This document shows positions 26,552 through 38,716 of a stretch of 64,000 nt of DNA, in pieces. Every line of letters starts with the position of its first letter. The first letter of the stretch is position 1. The stretch covers positions 434,001 to 498,000 of the forward strand of contig CM022671.1 in assembly GCA_012295275.1 (NCBI GenBank), read 5' to 3'. Origin of the DNA: Chrysomallon squamiferum (lineage: Eukaryota; Animalia; Mollusca). Under the pieces are notes generated by a model. It ran no database searches and was not told where the DNA came from. It saw only the letters and a program-made list of their open reading frames with translations. The position numbers and the translations under genes were made by a program.

Positions 26552-26598
<47 letters not shown>

Positions 26599-26650
26599 AT
26601 AGTAACAGTATTCTATTTTTATTTATTTTTTTATTTTGTGTTATCTAAAA

Positions 26651-26686
<36 letters not shown>

Positions 26687-27439
26687 CAGTAGTAGTAATA
26701 GTAACAGTATTCTATTTTTATTTTTTATTTTATTTTGTGTTATCTAAAATAGTAGTAGTAGTAGTAGTAGTAACAACAGTATTTTATTTTTATTTTTAAT
26801 TTAATTTTATTTCATTTCATTTCATCCTGTAGTAATTTGTCAGACCCTTTTGCAATCTCTGTCAACTCCATTGTGATACAAGATGTGATTTGAGTGATTT
26901 TTTGTGAGTGAAAATAAAAATTAACGTTCTAATCAGAGCAAGCTGTTGTATCACAAAACATCTACCACAAAGGAGCTGATAAAGAGTGCTAAAGATGTGA
27001 TATCAAAGTCCATGTCTTATATACATAATCAGTTTTGATCAATTCTCGTAAATTGCTTACTTTAATAATTAAAAACTGTTAAATCGTGGATTTGCGCTCT
27101 TTATCAACTGCACTAGATGTGTATGAGACTAGTAAATTGAGTGAGTGAAAATTAACGTTCTAATTAACGTTCTAATTAATGTTCTAATTAATGTTATAAT
27201 TAAGGTTCACCTGTTGTGAAACACGATCGCGATAGCCTACTTTGTTCCGGGTACCAAGAGCTAAGAATGTCCCCACCATGCAATCTCCATCCCCCCTCTA
27301 AAACGAGTATTTTCTACTACCCTCAGCCCGACACACACTCACACACTCACACACACACACACACATCACTATACTTATCACACTTATTTCTTTTTATTAG
27401 TATTTATTATTAATAAAGTAGGCCTAGTTGTACAGACAT

Positions 27440-27890
27440 ATGATAACTCAAAGAGTTTCTACCTACAAGCTTGGAAGTATCCCACAGTGTCTGAAAGTGA
27501 GATACAAAAAACAAGCAAAAGCTTTAGCATGTCAGTGCCCTGCAGACCTTAATGATGAAGATTTTGTAGAAGGCATGCAACATTTGCCAGCAGTACGGAA
27601 AGCTGATTTTAGAAAACCAGCACTGAAAAGTATTTTCCTTTGAAAGAAATTATTATGAAAGTTTAAAAAGCATTTCACTATGAAATGAACCTAAAACCGT
27701 AAATACTGATTTATGTTGCTACATTAATTGAATATGTTTGTTACATTTCGTTATATCGGATCACGGAAATAAAGCATTTATGAGAGTTTACATGTAGATT
27801 TACTGGACATTGAATCCTCAGTTTTGAGAAAAATCTGTGCCTGCCTCAGGCCCCCAAATTGGTTTTGTATCGCTTTGCAAGCCCTGCACA
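27440..27890 (+). mobile_element. Possible degraded hAT-type transposon fragment
   Basis: Peptide KQAKALACQCPADLNDEDFVEGMQHLPAV loosely resembles the region preceding the hAT C-terminal dimerisation domain; the segment is absent from duplicate unit A. Recognition from memory only. Confidence 0.3.
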
Positions 27891-27919
27891 CAGTCGACGG
27901 TTACTATTAAAAGTAGTTT

Positions 27920-28290
27920 TTTTGAAAATCCCAGTCGCTATTTTTAGATCAATGAAATGCGCGTGCGCTGAAATAATTTTTCCACGAAAAATTGTAAGGT
28001 TTTCGACGTAAATCACTTTCGTGGAAATAATATTTTCACTTTCTAAATTTTGTTATGACGAAAAATAAAACTTTAGCTTACTGAATGATTGAGTAAGTCT
28101 CGGACTGCGGCTGACGTAAAGTAACAGTTACAAAATAAGGTAAGAAAATCGTTCCAAAGATCTTGTCTGCAGGTTCAGTGATAGCTAGTTTGTGCAACTC
28201 GCCATTGTTGTAGTACACGTAACTTTCAACACTAGTTTCTTTTCAAAAACTAAAATAAATTAATTAACAAATACAGAAATATGATTGTTG
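27920..28290 (+). promoter_or_regulatory. Single-copy putative promoter + 5' non-coding exon module of helicase-RBR gene B
   Basis: Homologous to the 10x module upstream of gene A. kB-like TGAAAATCCC 27923-27932, GAS-like TTCCACGAA 27980-27988 and TTCGTGGAA 28018-28026, donor GT at 28140, ISRE-like 28234-28244. Acceptor at 29359 again lies 154 nt before the ATG. Confidence 0.55.
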
Positions 28291-28629
28291 TTGGTGCAGC
28301 AGCAATACCCTTCCACTTTCTTCATTTCAGTTATTTCGATTATAATCTTTATGAGTAATGACATTCCAAAAGGTATTTAATTTTTATTTTTTTTTTTTTT
28401 TTTATATATATATATCTATATTACTAAGCGAGTAAGGCAACAATTATTACCACAACTGCTGCTGCTACTGTTATTCCTACAACTACTACTACTAATATTC
28501 CTGTTGTTGTTGTTGTTGTAATTAAATATTGCTATTCTTATTATCATAATTATCATCTGTAATAGTGATAAGACTTGCGAATTTACAGATTGCAGTATGT
28601 TTGGAAATGACAACTAATGATTGCATTTA

Positions 28630-29129
28630 CAGTGGAACCTCGGGTTACGAACGCCTCGAAGCACGAACCGTGATCTTGGCTAATTTTTGTCGCGGTTTAC
28701 GAATAACGTCCAGAGTTAGGAACTACAAGCTTTTTTTTTACGTCAGTTTTGCGGAAAGAAGCAGAGGCAGATGCCAAAAGACAGGCAGGACAAGAAACCG
28801 CTGAAGGAGCGTTCCCCACTGTTCCTATGGTGGGAGACTTGCTTTCCAAACAGTAACTTCCTCCTCCTCACCCGTGACACGGACTCTCCGCCACACGTAC
28901 AGCAACCTCAGTATTTAATTAAATGTTTATTCTATCTATGTGGTTGTTTTAACAAAATTCCATGTTTCATTCCGTGTAAAAAGCATTGAAAACAATGAAA
29001 ATAAAACTGTTCTGAGGGCTGGAACGGATTGTTTACATTTACATTGTTTCAACACTTCGATATACGTACAGTTCGGTTTTAACAACCCAGCTATGGAACG
29101 AATTAAATTCGTAACACGAGGATCCACTC
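28630..29129. mobile_element. pogo/Tigger-like MITE (500 bp) in the 5' intron of helicase-RBR copy B
   Basis: 22-bp TIRs CAGTGGAACCTCGGGTTACGAA / TTCGTAACACGAGGATCCACTC (3 mismatches), TA on both flanks; absent from the homologous site in copy A (~17455). Confidence 0.85.
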
Positions 29130-29513
29130 TATTTGTAAAAGCCTCAAGGTAGCCAGAACAATTAATAATGTATTGTGAATGCATAAATGATCCCAGTTAA
29201 TCAGAGCTGGGATTAATTAAAAAGTTACAAATATGAATACATTTCTATAATTCTTTTTTTTATTTTTTTTTTTTTTTTTTTTTTTTTAATGTTAGGGTAT
29301 GTATGTGAGTTGTTTGTTTCTGTATTATTGTTGTTGTTCTTTTGTTGTTTTTTTTGCAGGTGTAAAGCAGACAGATTATCATCCATCAGTCATGTGAACA
29401 CTGTATACCTGAATCACAGAAATCTTTCTGTTGTAAATAACCACATGCCTAACTGACTGAGTGAAACAGCAGAAAAACAGAAAAACAGGAGGGTAAAGTT
29501 AGAGTAAAACAAA

Positions 29514-32500
29514 ATGGCAGACATAACAAATTCCTCACGTAACAGTACATCCGTCACAGAATTCTCTTTCGTGTCCCATAATTCAAATCAGGAGCATCCA
29601 GGATCTATAAAAACAAACACTGAAAATGCTGAACCCCCAAACAGAAGAAGACAGAAAAGTCGAAAACCAAAAGAGAAAAATAAAGAGTCTCTAGCTACCT
29701 TTTCTTCAATGAAAATGAAAAAGAAAAGTAATACTACTTGTCTTTACCTGCGAATAGATCTGAGTATCGGTGAGAATTTTAATCTGTATGACTTCCTTCT
29801 TGAGCGAATGGAGAAACCAACAAATGTCAAATTCAAAATTTTGAAAAGAACAAAAACACGAAATGGGACTTTAGTAACTTTAGAGTTTGGAAGCAAACGA
29901 CTTGCAGGGACGGTACACGAGAATTTAAAACTGAGTAACAGAAAAAGCCAAATACAAATACATTCTTCACTTGATCAGAATAAAGTTGACAGTTCTGTAA
30001 CAGCAGAAAAAGATCAGCAAGTCTTCCAAAAACACCTACAAGCTATTGGCACACGTGCTCAGATGTCTTTGAACAATCATGATCTGAAGATTATAGAAAC
30101 TCAAGACGATATTGAAAACCTACAAAAAAAACAAATTAGTGTGTCTGGTGAGCACAGGAAAAGTATATCATCACAAATCCATGCTCTACAAGACAAACTG
30201 CAGGAACTGAAAGACCAGCGGAAGGAATATCAGAATTTCCTGAAAAGCCTGACTGAGAAATTAAAGCAGTGTTGGGAAGACAATACTTTTAACAAAAAAG
30301 TTAAAGATATAGGTAAGCTGTTTGGAGTGGAGTGCTGCAAACTCGAGTCTGCCTTGCCAATGTATGCAAAACGAAGCGATATTGTTGAAGTGGTGATGAA
30401 TAATAAAGCATGTGTCATCTTGGGTGAAACTGGATCCGGGAAAAGTACGCAGATGGCACAGTATCTACATCAGGTTGGATTTGCTGAAAATGGGATGATT
30501 GTTTGCACCCAACCACGAAAGGTGGCTGCTATTAGCCTGGCGAGAAGAGTGGCGACAGAAATGGCTACAAATGTTGGACAGCTTGTTGGCTACAGAGTTG
30601 GCATGAAAACCAAAGTATCTGCAGTTACAAAGATACTATACACCACTGATCATGCATTTCTGAATGAGTGCCTCACTGACCGTTTATTATCCAAATATTC
30701 CTGCGTCATAATAGATGAAGCCCACGAAAGGAGTATCTACACAGACTTGCTTCTGGGAATGATCAAGCGATGTCTTCATGTCCGAAATGATTTGAAAGTG
30801 ATCATCACATCAGCTACCATTGACCCTGACATCTTTGTTCGTTTCTTTAATGGTTGCCCAGTCCTCAAAGTATCAGGAAGAATGTTCCCAGTTGAAGTAA
30901 TATGGCAGCCTGTAAGTGACGATGAGGATATCTTTGAGAAATACCAACAAGCTGCTGTAGAAAAAGCTGTTGAAATCCACAGAAGAAAGCCTGAAGGAGA
31001 TATTTTAGTTTTCATGACGTCACCCTTGGAGACAGAAAAATGCTGTGAGGAGTTTAAAGAAAAGATGAAAGATTCGACTTCATTTCAGTGTCATGTGCTT
31101 CACGGCCAAGTGCAGGTAGAAGAACAGCAACTTATCTTCGAACCAACACCACCAAACAAGAGAAAAATTGTCTTTGCCACGAACAGTGCTGAGACTTCAA
31201 TAACAATACCAGGGATTAAATATGTTGTTGACACAGGTCTCGCAAAGGAGAAAAAATACGATCCTAAAAGAAATATGAGTTCTCTTAATGTTGTTATGAT
31301 CAGCCGTAGTTCTGCTGAACAGAGGAAAGGGCGAGCTGGGAGAACTGGTCCTGGTACCTGTTACAGACTCTACAGCAAACAACAGTTTGACAAGATGGAC
31401 GCTTCGTTTTTGCCAGAAATCCTTAAACTTCATCTTGGTCAAGCTATGCTGAAACTCTACGAACTGGGAATCAATCCTCAGGAATATGATTTTGTTGAAA
31501 GTCCAGGAAAAGCTGCAATTGAAGGAGCTGTTAAAACGCTTGAAGATATTGGTGCCATAAAGAATGATCAGATTACAGATACTGGACAATGGTTGGCTAA
31601 ACTTCCAATTGAACCGAGAACTGCATCGATAATAGCAAGAGGGAAAGAGAAAGATGTTCTCTATGAATCTGTTGTTCTGGCAGCAGTGACAAGTATTGAA
31701 GTTATATTTTCTTCAGAGGTTCATCTGAAGAAGACAAGAAAAAATCCGATTCACAGAAAATGAAATTTTGTCATTACGGAGGAGATAGCTTGTCACTTCT
31801 GAATGTTTTTAGAGAGTGGAATGATCAGCCTGAAAAGAAGAAAAACCAGTGGTGTTTTCAAAATGCTATTAATGCGAAAGCTATGCGTAATGCCAGAGAT
31901 GTTGTAAATGAAATATGTACGGTACTGAAAAAAGAACTTGATATTGTTGTCAAACGATCGTTTGCAGACTCATCAGTGACAGATAAAATACTTCAGCACA
32001 TTCTCTTTGAGTGCTTTTCATCCAACATTTGTCTTTTCCTGGGACGTGAGAAAGCTGGTTATTACGCAGCAAGACTTGACCAGCAGGTTCACATTCATCC
32101 ATCTTCAGTTCTGAATTCACTCGGTATAGTTCCACAATGGATGGTGTTTGAACAGGTGCTGAAAACGTCCAGAGATTTTGTCATCGGCCTGACGCCTTTA
32201 GAAGACGCTGCTGTTGACGAGGCTGCTAGAAACGGCATTCTTCATTATGACATCGACACCATGAAAACAAGAAGGGTTTATTTGGTGCATACAGAAAGTG
32301 TTGGGTCAACTGCATTTTGGCGTATTGTTGGTAGAAAATTCTGCAATCTCAAAGTTTTACAAGAAAATGTTTGCAAAATGATGACACCATCGTTTGCACT
32401 CCTCGAAGAGGACATAGAAAAAGGTGAATTCAGATTTTATGCAGAAAGAACAAATACAAAACAACTAGCTGAGGTCTTAAAACAAGAGATTTCTGTCGTT

Positions 32501-34696
32501 CAAGATGAATTAAAAAAAGAAGATTTGGAATATTGTCTTTCTGAACAGAATCTGTCTGTGAAGATCATTATTGGACAAGGTGGTGAAGTCAAAGAGGTAC
32601 TGATGCCTAATGACTACAGAAAGATATTCATTGAAAAGCCAGATATATTTACTAATGAAGATACGGTCATGAAAAAGTTTGGCACGTATGGAGAGATAAA
32701 AGAGTGCAAGATGTATGATAACAGAAGAAATTTGAGATGGGGCTGGCTGAAATTTCAAAAGACCGAGTATGCCAGGCGTGCTGTTGATGCTACTCAAAAT
32801 GATGACCATGAAGTGGCCATTGCAGAAACCAGTGGACAAGGATCACACAATTCATCCTTTAAAGTAAAAATAACATGGTGTCGACGGAAGTCAAAAGGGC
32901 ATGCTTTTGTCAATGTAGCTGCTGAGGAGCTGCCAAGGATTTTGTCACAGCATCATTTGTTCATAAATGGAAGAGCAGTAACAATAAATGTAGATAAAAA
33001 GACAGGGTTATCTTTGTACCTCAACAAGCTGTCTCCTGAAACCACTGAAAATGATATCAATGGAGCCATTTTACATGCAATTGGTGAGGAAACTAATGAA
33101 AACATTATCGAGAAGACCACTGTTGTTAGAGAAAGAGTTGAAACAACACCCGACATGTTAAATGAATTCAGAAGACAGATAGAGGCTGCACTTAGACAAT
33201 ACGCCCCATCAGGGCAGTTTAAAGTTAAGGTTATTGAACCGAGACCACAAACAGTAACATATTTGGCATTTGCTGATTTTCATGATCCAGATGAAGGTCA
33301 AAGAGCCTGCACAATGTTATCTGGAAATTTCAGTTTATGCTCTACATCAGTTTTGATGGAGCCAGATATTTCAATGCGGATTTTTGTACCAGCCGATGTG
33401 ATGAAAGTTCTAGAAGAAGACTTGAAGGCTTCATCTGATTATATTAATAAAATGGAAAATAAAACAAAGTTGTATATAAGACAACTATCGAAAGACAATT
33501 TCGCAACAGATATAAAGTCATCTGATGCAGTTCAAATGGCAAGGGTCTGTAGAGTTATTCAGGATATACTAAAAGGTGATGTGCTAGAGTGTGCAATTAG
33601 TCCAGATTTAAAATATGTGTTTACAAAGACTGGAAAAGAGTTTCTAGCAAGTCTTCAGAACAAAATGCCTTGTGTAATTGTAGCTGACAATCGGACAATG
33701 ACTATTTCAATTAAAGGAAAAACCAAAGTATGTACTGAGGTCTTTATTGCTATTAATAACTTTCTAGATACAATTGCTGCAGAAGGATTCAAAGAATTTT
33801 TTCTTAGAGGACCTGAGAGACCTGGAGGAGTAATGAAAAAACTAACAGACCGATATGGAACTGACTTGGAGATGCTGAAAAAGGAAGTAGGATTATCATT
33901 TGTTCATCTTGACCATCGCAGACACAGAGTTGAAGTAAGTGGGTCTGCTGAAGCTGTGAAGAAAGTGCAGACTATAGTAGATTCAGTTGTCACAGAATTA
34001 ACGAAAGTTAAAACAGTGAAACCAGAGACAGAAGACAAGCGTCCAGACTGCGTTGTCTGCTTTACGTCCATTGATAAGGGTGAGCTGTATCGATTAGAAG
34101 TCTGTGGTCATCCTTACTGCACTGACTGCATCCTCCAGCAAATCCATTCGGCTTTGGATCACAAAGAGTTTCCTTTACAGTGTGCCGAAGAACGTTGCCA
34201 AATGTATTTCATGTTGAAAGATTTGCAACACTTTATAAAGAAAGGTTCATTGTCCTTGAACAGGCTTGTTGAATCCTCGGTTTCTGATTTTGTAGCAAAA
34301 CATCAGACTGAGTATCAGTACTGCCTCTCTCCTGACTGTCCTGTAGTATACAGGGTCACTTGTGAAGGTTCTGTTTTCCAGTGCTGCAGATGCCAGATGA
34401 GAATTTGTACTTCATGTCACATTCAGTATCATGAAGGCCTTACCTGCGCCATGTACAGGTCTGAGAAAGATGGGGGTACAGCTTTGTTCGAGAAATGGAT
34501 GAAGAACAACAAGAACACAAAACTCTGTCCTAACTGTCAAACTCCAATAGAGAAAACTGAAGGTTGTAATAGAATGCAGTGTTCCGCTTGTAAGAAATTC
34601 TTCTGTTGGTTATGTAGAGAACAGTTTGATTCATCAGCAGATTGTTATACCCATCTTAACTCTAAACATGGTGGTTGTTTTGATGTACCAGATTGA
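29514..34696 (+). CDS. DEAH-box RNA helicase-RRM/KH-RBR E3 ubiquitin ligase fusion, copy B (~1727 aa when corrected; one frameshift as assembled)
   Basis: ORFs 29514-31763 and 31760-34696, with the same motifs as copy A. Single -1 G at ~31698 (ATTGAAGT vs ATTGGAAGT in A). 5183+1 nt = 1728 codons. Confidence 0.9.
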
Positions 34697-35512
34697 CAGT
34701 ACAATGCTGTGACATTTTTTCTCCAGGTTTTGCTCATGCTAAACAAGCAGCAGATCACTAAAAATGACATTTCAATTATTCATGAAACTGAGTATGTGTT
34801 AAATGATTTTTTTTTGTTTTGTTTTGTTTTTACCTTTTTTTTCACTTTGTTGGTTTTGGTTTTTGTGGGTTTTGGGGTTACTGCCTGTTTTGTGTTTTCT
34901 TTTCTTTCTTTTTTTTGTTTAATGTTTTGGTTTTTGGCATTCGTTTTAGGTTTTGTTTCAAAATGAATTTTTTATCTTTATCTTTCAAATTTTGAAACAT
35001 TTGTATAGATTTGTATTCCTTATTTTTGATTTTTTCTATTTATTTTTGTTTGTTTGTTCGTATAGCCAAATAAATAATTATATTTAAACTGTTCTGAGTT
35101 TTGGGGAAGGTGATTTAATTGTTCTAGATCAATAATTTTATTTCTGTATTTCCTTTAATACATGTACATGTGTGTACGTAATTAGTAAAAGTAGTGTTAT
35201 CTTTTCTTATTATTATAAACCTTTTATTAATCCACTTTAACAGTTCTAATACTAATTATTAGCGATTGCAGATTTAAATATTAACAATGATTAACATTTG
35301 ATCTCTTCATATTTACCTGTGAATAAATATATTGATTTTACCAAATTATTTTTGTTGTAATTATTTTTGTTTATAATTGATTTTTCATTTTCATTTATTT
35401 TCCCATTTTGATATTTTTAAGGAAAATGTTGCCAATGATTTACCTATTTATAAGATAATTCACAAATAACACAAAATGTTTATATGAAAAATCAAAATTG
35501 TCCTCCCAAAAA

Positions 35513-35573
<61 letters not shown>

Positions 35574-36352
35574 CTTGTTATATTTATTAGCTTTAAAGGC
35601 GTTTCAGTGGAGAATTATGGTAATGTAACTGTTGTAACTCTAACCATGTTCTGTTTATTGTTGAATGAGTTATCTCCCTTCAAGTTTTTTTCTCTTATTT
35701 ATTTAAAAACTGATTTTGTGTCTGATCACGAGAGAGTTATTGTTTTTTAAGTACGAGTAATAACACATATTTAATCAGAAGAAAATTCCTAAAACAGCAA
35801 ATAAAGACCAAGCAGAGTGATTTATTTTTACTCAACAAAAATCATGGTTTGGGGAATTCCGAATAAAAAAAAAAGAGTTCAGGGAATTTGCAGTTTATCC
35901 CAGAAAATGCATTGTGTGCAGAGATTTTACTTAATATATGCTACAATTTGATATTCTGTTTCTCATACAGACACAGATAAAAGGTAAAATAAAACAGTGA
36001 ACATCACAAGTTTTCATTCTCACCAACCTGTATTCGTTCATGTGCATTCAGCAGTATTCACCAAATGCTTCCTGGCTGTTTTTAAAAATTAATAAATTAA
36101 TTACATAATTAACATCCTAATTACTAAAATGGTGTAGTTTTCCAAAAAAGTCTCCAGTGGGCTTGTTTTGTTTCAAAATAAGGAATACATTTTTATATGC
36201 TCCAAATCCAAACACAGAGAAGAAGCAGAAACAGTCGAATGTACACACTTATCTTGTACGATAATTATATTTAATGTTAATAAATTGTATAAAATGAAGA
36301 AATGGCTACATATAACTTGGGATGACTGGAATCGTTTCACAGACTTACAAAC

Positions 36353-36387
<35 letters not shown>

Positions 36388-36400
36388 TAATAACAATAAC

Positions 36401-36461
<61 letters not shown>

Positions 36462-37925
36462 TGATTATGATGATGATGGTGCTTATGATAACAGTAATAA
36501 GAATAATAAAAAGAATAAAAGAATAAATTACAATAAATACACAAAACAATTGATTAAAACTAAATTTTAAATCTCTCTCTCTCTCTCTATGTATATATAA
36601 GTATGAAGTAAGACTGAAAAGAAAATATGCATTAACGATTTATTTAAAAAATAATAATTATATTAAACAATAAAAGACAGATCAGTCATAACAGTATGTA
36701 CAAGAATAAAATAAATAACATTAATAATTGGCTAAATGTAATTTTTCTATTTTAAAAATCATGATCTATAAAATGTGAAAACAGTATTTTTCTAATGTAT
36801 TAAATAAAGTGTATATATTGTCAATTATTTATTAGCGTCACAATGTTTTTTAATAGCAAGTTTCACAATATTATAGGAAACACTAGATGTATACAGGTCA
36901 TCATTTTCTTTTCTTTCCTGATGTCATATCAAACTGTTCAATTTCTGTATTTTTATATTTCTACACCAAATGTTTGTTTACAGTAACAGAACTATGTGTA
37001 CACATGAACATTATATATATGTGTGTATATACATATATATATATATATATATATTCAGTAGTATTAGTTTTATTTACTTTTTATTCTTAATTTTGTAAAT
37101 ATTTTTGTTTGGTTTTTTTGCATCAAAATGTTTTAACTTATCTGAAAAAAGAATAATGGAAACAGCACACATACTGTCACTATTTCTGAAAGCTTTTCCC
37201 TTACCATCAGTCTGTCAGTACATCTGTATTTTGCAGGATTAGATACACAGAAAGAAGTTAGGGAAGAGTTTAAAATAAAATCCAAATCAGATCTTTTCTA
37301 TTTTCATAGCCAGCTTTGTTTCAATGTTTATATTTCTTTCAAAAAACATATTGCCTATTTTTACCCTATCACAAAATTTCAGCCACAGTTTCGTATTAAC
37401 AGTTAGTTTTCAATACTGATACAAAATTATGACTATTAAACATAGATCTGCAAAACCTAACAGTTTTAGAGTAAGTGCAGATGAGAAATTACTTCTATTA
37501 CATATTCACTGAAGCAAATTCTATGACTATATACACTTGCATAGCGCACTAAGGCTAGAAAGATTGTTATGAACAATTTAGGAACATTTAAAATGATCAG
37601 TAAGCTATACAAGTTTCATTTTAATATCTAACACTAACAGCATCATCCTCCCTTCAAATTTAATCTAATCCATTAATAATCTTTGTTAAACACACACCAT
37701 TACTTCACAGAACGAAAAACAAACAAAAGATAATCGCCACGTAACAATCCACTTTTTAATGAAATACCTTACTGACATACATATTTAGTTTTAATTTATA
37801 ATGAAGGGTAGTATGTAGACTGGAACAATTTACATGTATGTCTTTTATTTTATCTTACATTTAAAAATACTTTTATTATCTATATCAACTTATTGAGAAG
37901 CTCTGTTCATTCGTCCGTTCGTTCA

Positions 37926-37993
<68 letters not shown>

Positions 37994-38357
37994 GATAACG
38001 TCAATAAAAAAAAAAAACTATGTGAACTTTGATATTTTCAGGTTCCAAAATATTATTTTACCAAAGTTTATACTTCCAATTTTATTACTTCTAATATTAA
38101 TATAAAACTAATGTAATTCCAGCAATATAAAAAGTAAAATATCACAAACTGATTATAGGTTTTATCAAATAGCTGTAATAATAACAATAATAATAATATG
38201 AATAATGTGAATAATACAAATAAATAATAAAAAGAACAGACATAATAATACGAATAATAATATGAATAATGTGAATAATAATAATAATAATATGAATAAA
38301 TTAATCTCCAAGTGAGGTCGATCTAGAAAAAATATTACGAAACAAAAATGTCTGCCT

Positions 38358-38627
38358 TTAGTAAACAAAGCCAAAGTGCTTCCACGAGTAGTTAATTCCT
38401 TCTTTTTTCTGGAGCTCCAGCCTTTTGGCAAGAAGGACTTCGGACATCCATTCTTTATCCACCGAAAAAGCACCAGGATTTCGTGGAATGGTGTTGTAGA
38501 AGAACGTCTCTGTATTTTCCATGTGTGCAGCAGGAGCGTCGGGAGGAACCACGGGCTTCTCACAAGTCACGAAATACTGAGGTCGTTTAGGAAGTTTTCT
38601 GTGAGAAATAAGGAAAAGACAATATTC

Positions 38628-38716
<89 letters not shown>

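Larger units (their letters stand above)
25500..37320. repeat. Second unit of a tandem segmental duplication (first unit ~5700-25150)
   Basis: Same order in both units: CUB exon 3, CUB exon 2, promoter module, helicase-RBR CDS, 3' flank including the (GA)n tract (24386/35516) and the GCAGGATTAGATAC...AAATCCAAATC block (25061/37233). Confidence 0.9.
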
